A stretch of DNA of 54,237 nucleotides. Origin: a virus. The notes beneath the pieces were generated by a model. The model did not search any database. It was not told where the DNA came from and saw only the letters and a program-made list of their open reading frames with translations. This document shows positions 25,789 to 38,200 of the stretch, piece after piece. The stretch is from the IMG/VR virus record IMGVR_UViG_3300030250_000026. The stretch is one strand, 5' to 3'. The position numbers and the translations under genes were made by a program. Within the stretch, counting starts at the first letter, position 1, and each line of letters opens with the position of its first letter.

Positions 25789-26679
25789 ATGGCAGAGAGT
25801 AAACGAACGGCCAGTTACTTCTCGCACGACAGCAATGCCAGGAACTCCGACCGATTGATAAAGGTGCGCATGAAATATGGCGCATTGGGTTACGGGGTTT
25901 ACTTCATGATACTGGAACGGTTACGCGATGACCCCAGATACATGAGTGTCAGAGATTATAATATGATAGCCTTTGACCTTCGTGTTGACTCATCGGTGAT
26001 TAAGTCCGTTGTTGAAGACTTTGGGTTATTTGTCTTCACCGAAGATGGTGAGTACTTCTACTCCGAAGGTTTCATGCGCAGAATGGACTTGAAGGATAAT
26101 GAGAGGCAGAAGCGGTCGGCAGCGGGCAAAAGGGCCATGGCTACCAGATGGGGCACTACAACTGATAAGAGTGTTATAACAGAGTTACCCGAAAATGATA
26201 AGAGTGTTATAAGAGTGTTATCGGAAAATGATAAGAGTGTTATAACAGAGTTACCCGAAAATGATAACAAGAAAAGTAAAGTAAAGGAAAGTAAAGTAAA
26301 AGATGATGGTGTAGGAGAAAAATCGCCATCGACGGCATCACCGGCAGAAGTTGATAATCTGGCAACGGACTTGAATGAATTGCGCAAAGAGAGTGGTTGG
26401 ATAAACCTTGTTGCCATGAAGTTTGGCATGTCAGTGGCCGATGTCGTAGGCATGATAGCAGACTTTGAGCTTGACTGCCGCGTGAACGGCAAGACGTATC
26501 ACCAGAACCTTGCTGATGTGAAGAGCCACTTTGCGAACTGGCTCCGCATACAGCGCAAACAAGAAACGAATCATGCAGGAAGTGAACAAGACCCCGCAGC
26601 AGCGGAAGCGAAACATACCCGACGTAGGGGAACTGATGTTGCAGCTACGTCGTCAGCGGATTACTCAACAAGGCTTTAG
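25789..26679 (+). CDS. Replication initiator candidate (DUF4373/Lin1244-like N-domain) containing internal iterons
   Basis: N-terminus SYFSHDSNARNSDRLIKVRMKYGALGYGVYFMILERL. The ATG at 25789 immediately follows the upstream stop. Confidence 0.6.
   Translation: MAESKRTASYFSHDSNARNSDRLIKVRMKYGALGYGVYFMILERLRDDPRYMSVRDYNMIAFDLRVDSSVIKSVVEDFGLFVFTEDGEYFYSEGFMRRMDLKDNERQKRSAAGKRAMATRWGTTTDKSVITELPENDKSVIRVLSENDKSVITELPENDNKKSKVKESKVKDDGVGEKSPSTASPAEVDNLATDLNELRKESGWINLVAMKFGMSVADVVGMIADFELDCRVNGKTYHQNLADVKSHFANWLRIQRKQETNHAGSEQDPAAAEAKHTRRRGTDVAATSSADYSTRL
26164..26268 (+). repeat. 3.2 tandem copies of a 33-bp unit (iteron-like; origin candidate)
   Basis: GATAAGAGTGTTATAACAGAGTTACCCGAAAAT at 26164, 26197 (variant) and 26230, with a partial copy at 26263. 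The 11-mer AAGAGTGTTAT occurs four times. Confidence 0.85.
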
Positions 26680-27268
26680 GTTGCCGCTTGGTGTGGAAGA
26701 TGCTTATGAGCTGCTGTACTCAGCCCTCCGTGTGGAGGTGGAGAGCAAGCATCGCAAGTTTGTGGCAGACGATGAGACAACTCGCATTGTGGCCACGCTG
26801 GCGAAGTATCTGACATCGAAGGACGTGCACTTGACTGGACTGATGTTCTGTGGTATGTGTGGCAATGGCAAGACGACGATGCTGTATGCCCTGCAGAATG
26901 CAGTGAACTGGCTGAAGGAGAATAACCGTTTTAGCAAGGAGCAGACGGAACGCGGTCTTGACCGGCTGAATGTGGTAGACGCTCGTACGATAGTGCGGCG
27001 CATGAAGTTGAAGCCGATGGAGCTGATAAAGACCCCGATGCTTGCCATAGAGGACATGGGTCGCGAACCTGCTGAGGTGCTTGATTATGGCAATGTGACA
27101 ACGCCTCTGACGGAGCTGCTTGAGTGCCGGTACGATGAGCGGTTGTTTACGGTAATCACTACGAACCTGACGGGGGAACAGATACGTGAGAAGTATGGCG
27201 TGAGGATAGCCGACCGCATCAACGAGATGATGGAGATTGTGGTGTTCAAGAACGGGTCGTACAGGTGA
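26573..27268 (+). CDS. DnaC/IstB-like AAA+ helicase loader
   Basis: Walker A CGMCGNGKTT and Walker B LAIEDMG. Start uncertain (26573 or 26636). Overlaps the initiator gene. Confidence 0.7.
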   Translation: MQEVNKTPQQRKRNIPDVGELMLQLRRQRITQQGFRLPLGVEDAYELLYSALRVEVESKHRKFVADDETTRIVATLAKYLTSKDVHLTGLMFCGMCGNGKTTMLYALQNAVNWLKENNRFSKEQTERGLDRLNVVDARTIVRRMKLKPMELIKTPMLAIEDMGREPAEVLDYGNVTTPLTELLECRYDERLFTVITTNLTGEQIREKYGVRIADRINEMMEIVVFKNGSYR

Positions 27269-27280
27269 GGAGGGGGATTG

Positions 27281-27458
27281 GTTTAAGTTGAAGAGTTGAG
27301 GAGTTGAAAAGTTGAGAAGTTAAGAGGTCGGAGTTTCTAAGTTGAAGAGTTAAGAGGTCGGTTTAAGTGGTTGAACTCGTAGAGGTTACTCCATAAACTT
27401 TTCAACTTATAAACTTATCAACTTGAAACTCCAACTCATCAACTTCTCAACTTAAAAG
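27281..27458 (+). repeat. AGTTGA-block palindromic element, copy C (longest; contains an internal duplication of AAGTTGAAGAGTTAAGAGGTCGG)
   Basis: Seen directly. Core GGTCGGTTTAAGTGGTTGAACTCGTAGAGGTTACTCCATAAACTT. Confidence 0.85.
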
Positions 27459-27566
27459 TAGCGGTTTTGCCGGACGGCAATAGTTTTGTAAGGTGGAAAT
27501 AAAGTGTGTGTGAATGGTTGTTGCACTAATTTCGTGCTATATATAATCAATTAAGAGAGAAAAACT

Positions 27567-28250
27567 ATGATTGGAGCTTTGATAGGTGCGGCGGTGTCGA
27601 TAGGCAGCCAGATATATGGCGGCATAAAGGCACGTAAGGCAGCACAGAAGCAGGCAGATGCCCTTGCAAGAGAGAAAGCGGAGAACACTGCTTGGTATAA
27701 CAGACGCATGAATGAAGATGTGACACAGCGCGCTGATGCCCAGCGTGTGTTGCGACTGGCGGAGGAGTCGATACGTCGGCGCAACAAGGAGGCTGCAGCG
27801 ACCCAGGCGGTAGTTGGTGGCACTGAGGAGAGTGTGGCGGCTACAAAGGAGGCTAACGCGAAGGCCCTTGCTGACGCGACGAGCCAGATAGCTGCTGCCG
27901 GTGAGGCTCGCAAGAACTCGATAGAGGATAGCTACCGCAACCAGCAGCATAATATTGCGCGCGAAGAGATTGGACTTGATGCTCAGAAGGCCCAGAACAC
28001 TGCTGAGGCTGTGAAGCAGATTGGTGCGACGGCGGGCAATTTGGCATCGGCAATAGATAGTGGTGATTCGGTGGGGAAGAGTTCGGCAAAAAAATCGAGT
28101 GGAACTTCCGTAACACCGGAGAACGTAACACCGGAATATGAAGCTGGAACGCCGGAGTATGGTGCCATGAAATCTATTGAAAAGGCAAGAGCACAAGCAC
28201 AGAAAAATGCGGAACGCCCTGATTATTCTACAATGACATATCATTTATGA
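27567..28250 (+). CDS. Gly-zipper N-terminus + coiled-coil protein (internal virion/ejection protein candidate)
   Basis: MIGALIGAAVSIGSQIYGG followed by an Ala/Glu/Lys-rich helical region. First gene of the block that ends in the giant ORF. Confidence 0.4.
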   Translation: MIGALIGAAVSIGSQIYGGIKARKAAQKQADALAREKAENTAWYNRRMNEDVTQRADAQRVLRLAEESIRRRNKEAAATQAVVGGTEESVAATKEANAKALADATSQIAAAGEARKNSIEDSYRNQQHNIAREEIGLDAQKAQNTAEAVKQIGATAGNLASAIDSGDSVGKSSAKKSSGTSVTPENVTPEYEAGTPEYGAMKSIEKARAQAQKNAERPDYSTMTYHL

Positions 28251-29266
28251 TGACAGATACAGACGATGACAAGAAAAAGGCTGTAGCCGTGCCAGCAGCA
28301 ACTCAGACGAAGCAGACTGGGCAGCCTGCAGGTGGTACGACAACGGAGGCTGGACAACAGGCAGCTGGTGGAGTGGCAGAGCCATCAGCACAGAATGCGG
28401 GCGGCAATGATGATTTGCCCCCTGCACAGACGTATAGATATACGCACAAGCCTCTGACTGATGATAAGTCGGAGGAGATGCGTGAGCGTGGTATGGCAGA
28501 GATGCTGGAGTTGCTTAAGAAGGGCCGTGCCAATTATGCTCCAGAGACAGAAGATGAGCGCAAGAAGCGTGTGAAACGCGAGCGTGCGAATGCTATAATT
28601 GCGGCATTGGGTGATGGCATATCTGCTATCAGTAATATGGTGACGTCGAGCAAGGGTGCGCCGAGCATGTATGAGGCTCAGAATGGTATGTTGCCGAAGT
28701 GGCGTGAGCGTTATGACAAGGCCAAGGCTGCACGTAAGGAGCGTGAGGACAATTACCTTAGCTATACAGCGAAGATGCAGGAACTTGCTAACCAGAACTC
28801 GGAATGGAAGCGCAAGATTGCGATAGACGAGGCGAACCAAGACCGACTTGATGCTGAATTGGCACGCAAGCAGGCACTTGCTGCTGCCCAGGCTGGCAGA
28901 ATTGCTGCCCAGAATGCGAAGGACGAGGTGATGACTGCATATTATAAGACAAAAGAAGAATATATAAGTCTTGGGTATGAGCTTGACAAGGCAGAGAGTG
29001 CAGCGAGGGTGGCTAAGAATAAGGCAATGGCCGAGAAGGCAAAGAAAAGCGGCAATGGCAAGTCTGGCAAGAAGGGCGGAGGCTCGAAGAGCTCTGCCGG
29101 TAAGGACTATACAGAGACAACGACAAGAGATTATGTTGACCAGTGGGGCACCCCAAGGCATACAACAACAACGAAGGTGAGAACGTATGCTGGGAACAAG
29201 AGCAAGAGTGGAAAAAAGAGCAAGGGAAAAAATAATGGTGGTTTTGCCGCAGGACTTAAATTGTAA
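28247..29266 (+). CDS. Coiled-coil protein with a Lys/Gly/Ser-rich basic tail
   Basis: 339 aa. C-terminus KKSGNGKSGKKGGGSKSS...KSKSGKKSKGKNNGG suggests nucleic-acid binding. Confidence 0.4.
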   Translation: MMTDTDDDKKKAVAVPAATQTKQTGQPAGGTTTEAGQQAAGGVAEPSAQNAGGNDDLPPAQTYRYTHKPLTDDKSEEMRERGMAEMLELLKKGRANYAPETEDERKKRVKRERANAIIAALGDGISAISNMVTSSKGAPSMYEAQNGMLPKWRERYDKAKAARKEREDNYLSYTAKMQELANQNSEWKRKIAIDEANQDRLDAELARKQALAAAQAGRIAAQNAKDEVMTAYYKTKEEYISLGYELDKAESAARVAKNKAMAEKAKKSGNGKSGKKGGGSKSSAGKDYTETTTRDYVDQWGTPRHTTTTKVRTYAGNKSKSGKKSKGKNNGGFAAGLKL

Positions 29267-29280
29267 TAAAGATAGAGATT

Positions 29281-32200
29281 ATGCCAATAAGTAAAAGCGC
29301 ACTGAAGAATATATATGCCACCTTGCAGAAGGGTGGATATACACAGGACTACGAAACTTTTGAAAAGGGTTTTACTGGTAATGAACACTATGCGAACCGC
29401 AAGAAGGTGTATGACTTGCTGACGGCGAACGGTGCTCAGATAGGCGACAGCTATGAGGATTTTATGCGGAGAATATATGTGGCTCCGGCTAAGCCCGCAG
29501 CGGCGCAGACTGCCCACCCTCAACAGACAGCACAGGCTGCAGCACCGGCACAGCATGCGCCAGCCGCGAAGCCGAAACCGCGTAATGGGCAGTTGACGGC
29601 GGCTCAGCGGCAGGCATATATAGCGAGGGCGCAACAGATGTCGCAACAGGTTGGCGCATCGGTGCAGCGCACAAATAACCGCATGGATTATGAGAGAGCC
29701 AGGGCCGGACTGAGGACACCGCGTGTGCAGCTTGGCAGCAAGGCCAGTGGCGGGGCGAAACTTGGCGAGAACAGCCGTGTGGTTGCTACGAAGCCGAAGT
29801 TTAACCCTGCGACGGGTAAGATGGAGCGGACTTACTTGACAGAGTCGGGTAATGAGTATACGAGCCGTGCTGCGGCTGACATGGAGCAGAATGAAATAGA
29901 CCAGGCGGTACAGCAGCAACTTTATCCTAGCTATAATAACTATAACGACAAGCAAGCGGTGGCTGCGCAAGCACCTGCTACTGCTGTTGCGGCCCAACTG
30001 TGGAAGGAAGCCCAAAATGCGTACGATGCTGATAGCAGAAGGTATGATGAGATGGATTCAAAAAATCCTTGGGCTGCCAATATGGGTGTTGCAAAAGCAC
30101 AAAACCTTGAGGTGTCGCGACTTAAGCACTTTGATTTGCAGAAGATGAGTGACAACGCCTGGGCGCGTGTGGGCAAGCAGATGACGACATCGTGCTATGC
30201 GCGCCTGAGAAAGATGTACCCGAATGCGTTGGAGAGACAGGTGCAGGCATCGGCGGAGAAGGAGGCACGTGCACTTGTGCAGAATGCAGTGTACAAGTAT
30301 GCGGTTAAGATGAATGCGCCCAAAAGTCAGTTGGAGTACTTTATTAAGAAAGCCGTTGATGCGAACATGTTGACAAGCGTGCTCAGAGGCATGGCGCGGA
30401 AACAGGCTGGCACGACAGGTGATATGGCGGCCTACGAAGAAGCCATGGACGAATATGGCAAGGACCACCGTTGGACTGGTGTGTTCGGTACGGGTGTGGG
30501 TATGGCGTTTGACCCGACGAACTGGCTTGGCGGTTATGTAGGTTCGCTTGCCGGTAAGGCTGCACTGAACATAGGCGGCCGCCTTGTGCTGAAGAGTGCT
30601 CCTGGTGTGGGTGCCCGTTTGTTTGGCAGCACGATGGCAGGCAAGCTTGTGACCGGTGCGGCAAGCGGCATGGGCATGATGGGCACCTACGAAGGCGTGA
30701 AGGAGGCCGAGAGACAGTGGGTGTATGGCGGACACGTGAACCCCGAGACTCGCGAGAATGAGGGCTATTCGGCAGGTGCTGTGGCTTTGTCGGCCCTGAA
30801 AGGTGCCGGACTTGGCGCGATGACCGGTATGGTGTCGCCGTTGGTGGGCAATGTAGCAGACAAAGTGGTGCAAACCACGACCAGCGCGACTGGCAAGGTG
30901 GTGACAAGACTTGGCGAGGTAGCGACATCAGCCGTGGCCGAAGGTACGATATTTGCCATGCCGGCAGTTATTTCTGGACAAGAGAGTTTTGTGGACGCGT
31001 GGACCGAAAGTATGGCAATGATTGTAGGCTTAAAGGGTCCGCACATGGTGAAGTCAGCTGGCCAGGTTATAGCCGGAATGCGCCCTGTGGCAAATCCGCG
31101 AACCATGGCGGAGCGCAACAAGAACCGCAGAGGTTTTGTGGAGAACTTGAAAAGGACCATGGACGCGGGTGCGAACAAGCAATGGAATGGCAATCAGCCA
31201 GACGTTAGGTTCACGAAGGAGGAACTTGCCGAGTTGAAGCAGATGGGTTATGGCAATCTTGCATCGCTGCTTACCCCCACCGAGAAGGTATTGCCGAAGA
31301 AGAAGCCCAGTCAGCCGAAACACCCCAAGAACACTGATGGCTTGACGGTATACTTTGATGTGGGAAGTGGCAAGAAAGAGGCAGAGGCCGACCCGAAAAT
31401 GAAGTGGTTGCAGCAGCACCCCGAGTTTGACGGTTATGCCACGATGGAGAAACTCATGCAAGACCCGAATGTGAGCCAGGCGGCAAGGGCGAAGGCTTAT
31501 TATATGTTGACGGGCCGTCTGTTGCCGATGGGTACTATTACCGGTTGGAACGTGGGTAAGGACGACAAGGGCAACATCTGGGTGAAGTCGGTGAATTCGG
31601 AAGGCGAGGTTGTAACGAGCAGACGTTTTACAGATGAGGCATCAGCCAAGAGAGAGGAAGCCAAAATCATACGCCAAGTAGAACTCAATACCGTTGACAT
31701 GGGCGAGCAATATAAGGAGATGCAGGCCAATGCCGCTGTGGTAGAGACTGCTATAAAGGCTGTGGCTCCGAATGCCGATGTGAATGAGGCCATGCGCGTG
31801 TACGGCGAGGTGAAGAAGGGCAACAAAGACTATGACAGTTATAAGGACCTTGCGAAATCGATAGACGAGGCTATTGCGTCGAACCCCGAAGCGGTGGAGA
31901 GGGCCAAGACGTTATTGCCGGAAAACATACGTAAGGATATTGCCGAACAGACTGGTGTGGAGGTGGACAAGGCTTTGGGCAAGCCAGAAGCAGAGCGCAC
32001 TGATGCAGAGAAGCAGGCTGTGCAAACCTATCTTGAAAGACTTTATGACAAATCGGCGTCAGATGGTGCGGCGACACCCCCCGATGCACAACTTCAGGGT
32101 CCGGAGCAATTTGCTGAAGCCTATGCCCAGCACCGTACGCACAAGGGCAGCGGACAGGTGGTGCCAGCCACGATGAAGGCTGGTGACAGAAAGGTGTATG

Positions 32201-35200
32201 TTATTGATGGCGATGTGGTGCAATATGCGGACAAGTCGGGCATAGATGTGGCGAAGTCGGACAAGAGTATTGTTGTGTGTGATGCTGAGACGGGCAAGTA
32301 TGAGTATACGAGTCCGGACCAGCTAATGAATGTTGGTGAGCCAGCGGACCCGAGCACACTGTCGGAGGCGTATATGGCGAACGAGCGTGCGAAGGAGGCT
32401 GCTGCCAATGGCGAGGGAACTGCCGAGGGTAATGCGGCTGCCGAGGGTAATGCGGCTGCCAATGGCGATGTGTCTGCTGATGGTGGCAAGGCGGAAGTTG
32501 TGGAACCTGCCTACACAGATGGCAGCCGTGTTGAGATAAATGGGCATGAGTATGACGTAAAGTCGGCAGGTGAGAAGACTGTGGTGCTTGTTGACGAGCA
32601 CGGGAAGGAACTTGCTTGGACCCGTAGTGCGCTTGATGCGAAGCTGGAGAGTGGTGATGCTGAGGTGCTTGAACCCAAGGCGGAGGCTGCTCCTGATGTA
32701 GCAACGGAGGGTTTGAAGGCTGGTGACGTGTTTGAAGACAGCGATGGTAATGCGCTGACCGTTAAGCGCGTTGATGGCGACAAGGTGGTTGCTGTTGGCG
32801 CAGACGGGAAGGCGCAGACGTATGAAGATGGCACGTTTGAGCAGATGGTGGAAAGCGGTGTGCTGAAGCGTGCGCAGAAAACAGAAGAACCTTCTGAAGC
32901 GAAAGTGGACCTGACTGACAATCAGGGTAACCCCGTTAATGATGATGGCACGCTTAAGGTAGAGGCTGTTCAGTCTGTAGATGAACTGACGGACGAGGAT
33001 TTCTCTGCTCCTACACGTAATGTGCAGTTGCCTGCTTTGCCTCAGAATGTGGACGCGGCATTAAATGCAAATGGTAAGCCAGTCATTATCAAGAAGAATA
33101 TTTTTAAGAAAAACTGGGGAGCGCATGAATTCTATTCTGATGAGAGCAGGGCTATACTTAAAGCTGCATTGTATAATACAGACTTGGTGGGTCAGAGACA
33201 ATCCAACGACAAACCTTTGCATTGGGTTGCTATTAGAATTGACGATGAAAGTCCTACCGTGGTACTTGAAGTAAACGAGAATAAGGATAATATAGAAATT
33301 GTCGACTGGTTTACGGTTGATGAACGAGAATCAAAAAGAATATACAGAATAAAAAAACAAGCCGAGAAGAACGGCGGGGAACTCGTTATGTTATCCCCGA
33401 AGGATAAGGTGGAAAGCCTTTCCACTCCTCAAACCGACTTGTCTGCTGAAAGCAAAGGTACGGAACAATCTTCGGGTGTGCAAGCGGAAGTGCCACAAGC
33501 TGAAGTGCAGGAAAATGCTCCTATGCCGATGCGTGTTGTTGGCAAGGGGAAGAATGCGGTGCAGGAGGAGGACTGGCTTGCGACGACTCCGAAGCGTGGT
33601 CATGACTATGTGTTCAAGGAGAGTGGTCTTGATGCTGAGGAGGCGAATGCTTTTGTGGAGAACAAGGTGGCTGAGGCTGAGAAGAATCTTGAAAAGGTTA
33701 AGGGCAAGGCTCCTAAGATGGGTACTAACATTGCGGCTTACAAGGAGGCTAAGGCAGACTATGAGGCTCGTGTGGCTGAGGCTCAGAAGGCTGTGGACTA
33801 CTGGCATGCGGTGAAGGCTGAGCGTGACAAGGTGTTGCTTGAGGAACGGCGTGCGCGCAAGGAGAAGGACAAGGCGTTGTATGACGATGCCGTGGCGCAG
33901 GAGGAGCAGCGCAAGGCTGAGATGGCGCAGAAGGCTGCCGAGCAGGAGGCTTTGGGCAGTAACGCTGTGGCTCCTGCCATTAAGGAGAAGTGGGAGAATG
34001 CTCCGAAGGTAGATGGTGGTGCAGATGAGATTACTTTGCCTAATGGTGAGGTGGTGACCGGTCATTATGTGCTGACGGAGAGTGGTGCGGCGAGTGCTTC
34101 GCACCAGGCTACGAACGGGTTTGCGGAGACTGAGGGTTACCCTGTGGACGTGAATGGTGAGACTGTGAATGACCGTGACTATAAGCGTGACGCTGAGGCC
34201 CAGCAGGTGACGCGTGGCATGGCTGCTGATTATGACAGCCGTGCGCTGCAAAGCCCTGTGGTGGTGAGTGGTGATGGTGTGGTGCTGTCGGGTAACGGCC
34301 GTACCATGGCTGGTGAAATTGCGGCTTTGAATGGTAGTGATGCGAAATATAATGCGTATCTTCGCGGGCATGCCGGCAAGTTTGGTTTTACGACGGAGCA
34401 GGTGGAAGGGTTTAAGCACCCTCGTGTGGTGTTTGTGCCTGATGGTGAGATGCCTTACACGTCGGAGACCTTTGCGAAGTTCAACCAGCGTGAGCAGAAG
34501 AGCCAGAGCCGTACTGAGATGGCTGTGAAGCTTGGAAAGGTGGTGGACGATGCTTTGTTTGGCCGTGTGATGGACGTGATAGGGCGTCATGAGTCGTTGG
34601 CAGAGTTTTATGCTGATGATGCTGCTACTGCTGCTGTGGTGAAGGAGTTGGCTGATGCTGGCGTGATACCTCAGACAGAGATGGCGCAGTTGTTTGACGG
34701 CGGCCGTTTGAGCGAGAGCGGTCAGGCTATGGTTGAGGGTGTGCTTGTGGGCAAGGTGTTCCAGGGCAGCCCTGATGCTGTGCGTCAGATTACTGAGGTG
34801 AAGAGTATGCGCAAGGCTGTGATGGCTGCTTTGCCTGAGGTGGTGGCTTGTCACCGCCTGGGTGGTGGCTATGACTTGTCGAAGGAGTTGGCTGCTGCTG
34901 TAGACTTGGTGTATAAGGCCCGCAAGGCTGGTTTTAAGCTTGGTCAGCATGTGAGCCAGCATGCGCGCCAGGGTAACTTGTTCCAGCTGGACGATGGTGC
35001 GACGGTGGCAGACTACAACAATGCTGCTGTGATGATGCTGGCAGACGTGATGAACGATGGGCGTGTGACGCAGCTGAAGAAGGTGCTGTCGTTTTATAAC
35101 ACGCAGGCGGCAGACTCTGCCCAGGGCATTGGTGACATGTTTGCCGGTGGTGTGAAGAGTAAGGGACAGATTATTAACGAGGTAAATGAGTTATTAAACA

Positions 35201-38200
35201 ATGGACAAGAATACGATAGAAGAACCCCGTCGGTTGCAGACGGACAAGGCGTCGGAGGCGAAGGCGGCGAACAAGGCGATGTTGCTGGCCCGAGCCATCA
35301 AGGCGGCGCGGGCAGCGAGCGTGGATTAAGTGAGGCTTTTGACGGCCTTGCAGCGCAGCTGAAGACTGCTGAGGGTGAGGAACGTAAGCGTGTGCTTGGT
35401 GAGATGCGTGATGGCATTGCGCGTTTTGCTGAGGAGAATGGTTACCCTGTGCCGGAGTTCTTGCTGACGCGTGAGGACTTTTTGGCGGCTGTGCCTGAGA
35501 AGGACAGGGCGAAGTATGTGGAGTGGCTTGATGATGGTGCGCACATGCCTGCCTATTATACTAAGGGCAAGGTGTATGTTTACGTGGAGGGTTGTGAGAC
35601 CTTTGACAAAGATGTGAATGAGACACTTGCCCATGAGTATACTCATGCTGATAATGCGGAGTTTCCCGAGAATGTGAATGCGTTGACGTATGCGTTGGAA
35701 GATACGCATGAAGTGACGCGTGACGAGCTTCGTGAAATATTGCGTGAAATGTCGCAAGGTGAGCATTACGACAGGGAGGCCGAGAGATTGGAGGCAGAGG
35801 GCAAGGACGTGAACAAGATGCTCGCCGATGAGGTTATAGCTCATGCAGTGGCACGCATGGTGGTGGAAGGTGAGCAAGTGCTTGACGGCATCACAAAGAA
35901 TCCTACGCTGCAATTTATAATTAAACGTGCATATAAAGCAAGAGAAAATGAACGACAATACAATATTCGTGCCCGTGAGAATGCCGAGCGGCATGACAAT
36001 GCGAGTGAGGGTGACAACAGAGGTGGCTCAAATAATGGAGCGAATGTTGAAGGAGAATCCGCAAATGGAGGAGTCGGACGCCCTGTCAATGGCTCTGAAG
36101 GAGGTGAAGTCTCGTCAGAGCGGGGACGCTCAACAGTAAGTGATGGCAAGGAAGTAGCGGCTCCTTCGTTGGAGGGTGCTAAAGTTGGTGTGACCGATGG
36201 TGAGAAATCGTCGGCCACTGGAGATGCTTTGCCTTCGGGTAAGGGTGACACCCCGTTGAGTGAGAAGATAGCCACCGCCTCAGCCGAAGTGAACACCGAA
36301 CCGACAGAGGCGCAGAAAGAAGCCGGCAACTATAAGAAGGGACATGTGCAAGTTGGCACGTTCGACATCACCATTGAGCAGCCGCAGGGCAGTGTGCGTA
36401 AAGGCACTGACGCTGACGGCAAGCAGTGGGAAAGCAAGATGAACAACACTTATGGCTACATTCGTGGTGCAGTTGGTGTTGATGGTGACCATATAGACGT
36501 GTTCCTCTCTAATGACATTGATGGTTGGAACGGACGCAGGGTGTTTGTAGTGGACCAGTACAACCCAGATGGCAGTTTTGACGAGCATAAGGTGATGCTT
36601 GGTTTCAACGATGCTGACGAAGCAAAGAACGACTATCTTGCTAACTATGAGAATGGTTGGGAGAATGGTCGTAGAATTGACGTGACTGCTGTGAACCTCG
36701 AAGACTTTGAGAAGTGGATTGCATCAAGCAAGCGCAAGACCAAGCCCTTTGGTGAGTACTCGTCGGTGAAGAATGGTGTTGTGCCTTCGGGTGAGGGTGA
36801 CACCCCGTTGCTTGACGTTGATGGCAAGCCTATAGTGGTGAAGGCAGACGATGGCAAGGTGGAGTTGAACCTACGTACTTGGCAAGATGAGAAGCAGCAG
36901 GTGCGTGATGCGCTGTTAGACGGCGGGCTGGAGCCGGAGGCTGTAGATGCGATGATGGCCCAGGCTGAAACTATTGCCAGTGGCATGAGTGGACTTGCTG
37001 ACAAATACCCGCTGTTTGGTGCATGGCAAAAGGTGGCAGCTACTAACCGCCCTATATTGAGAAACAATGCGGGAGGTTATTTGAGCTTTGACTATTCGTT
37101 CAACTGTGTGAAGAAAGATGCCTTGAATGCTGTGATGGAGGCACTTGTGGCTGAGGGCAAGGGTGGCCATTTGGGCGTGACCCAGGTTGAGGCTTTGAAG
37201 AAGGTGCTTCAGAAACATGGCTTTTTGACTCCTTGTGTGATGTGTTATGTTGAGGCCAAGCGCAAGGTGTACAAGCAGAGCAAGGAGATGGCTGCCAAGT
37301 GGAATGCTGTGGCCGAGGCTGCAGGCTTGACTGGCGAAGATATGGGTGCCGAACGCGAGCTTGGCGCAGAGCAGAGGAATGCTCTGGCGCAACTTGCCAA
37401 TGGTGAAAATCTTGGCTCGGTGAAGGGTTCTGCAGAAAATGGCAAATATGGTATAAAGAAGGATACTATTGTGAAGATAGCGAAGCTCATGCTTGACAGT
37501 GCGAAGCTGAGAGGGCGCATGAACTATGAATGGATGATGTCGCCGAGTTCGTACACTGAAATGTACAACAAGTTTGGTGATACGGGATTGATGGAGTTCA
37601 TGTCGCAGGGTCAGAGTCGTGGCAAGGCTTTGCTTGAAACCTCACCGTTTAGTTTTAAGTCTGTTCCAAGAGACCTCATGATGGGCATGTATAACCCTGT
37701 GGTTCTTGCGAATATGGGTGGTGTGCGTCAGTTCAGCTATGAGGACGCACGTGCGGTCATGTTCTTTGACTACTACACGCAGTTCCTTGTTATGCAGGGT
37801 GCGCGTGCTCCGGAGCACCTTTACACGAAGCGTCCGTTTATGCCGGAGATGTTTGGCCGTACTGGTGCCATGATGAACCAGAGCCTTATAGTGGATATAT
37901 GGCGTGGTGAAGAATGGCACAAGAAGGCCCTTGGCTTGTCGGACAAGGAGTATGATGCGTGGTTGACAGCGCATGCGGGATTTGTGCCAAGAGGTGCATT
38001 GCCCAAGGGCCATACTCTGTATGAGGCTGGCAGTACGGAGCTTGTTCCGAATTGGGGTGTTGAGAGTTTCCCCGTAGACATTGCGATGAAGAATGTGCAT
38101 AACAAGGATTATAAAGGCACTGTGGGCAATGTGGTGGTGGCCCCCAACCGCAAGTTTATATTATGGGCCTTGGATAACCCAGACATTCACATGGTGCTGG

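Noticed and set aside
26164-26268. 33-bp tandem repeats as a possible CRISPR array
   Set aside because: The repeats are directly adjacent with no spacers. They lie in frame inside a coding gene, and no cas genes are present. They are interpreted as iterons.
32400-32470. An 18-nt tandem duplication (GCCGAGGGTAATGCGGCT x2; peptide AEGNAA)
   Set aside because: A short low-complexity linker duplication inside the giant ORF. No independent significance is evident.
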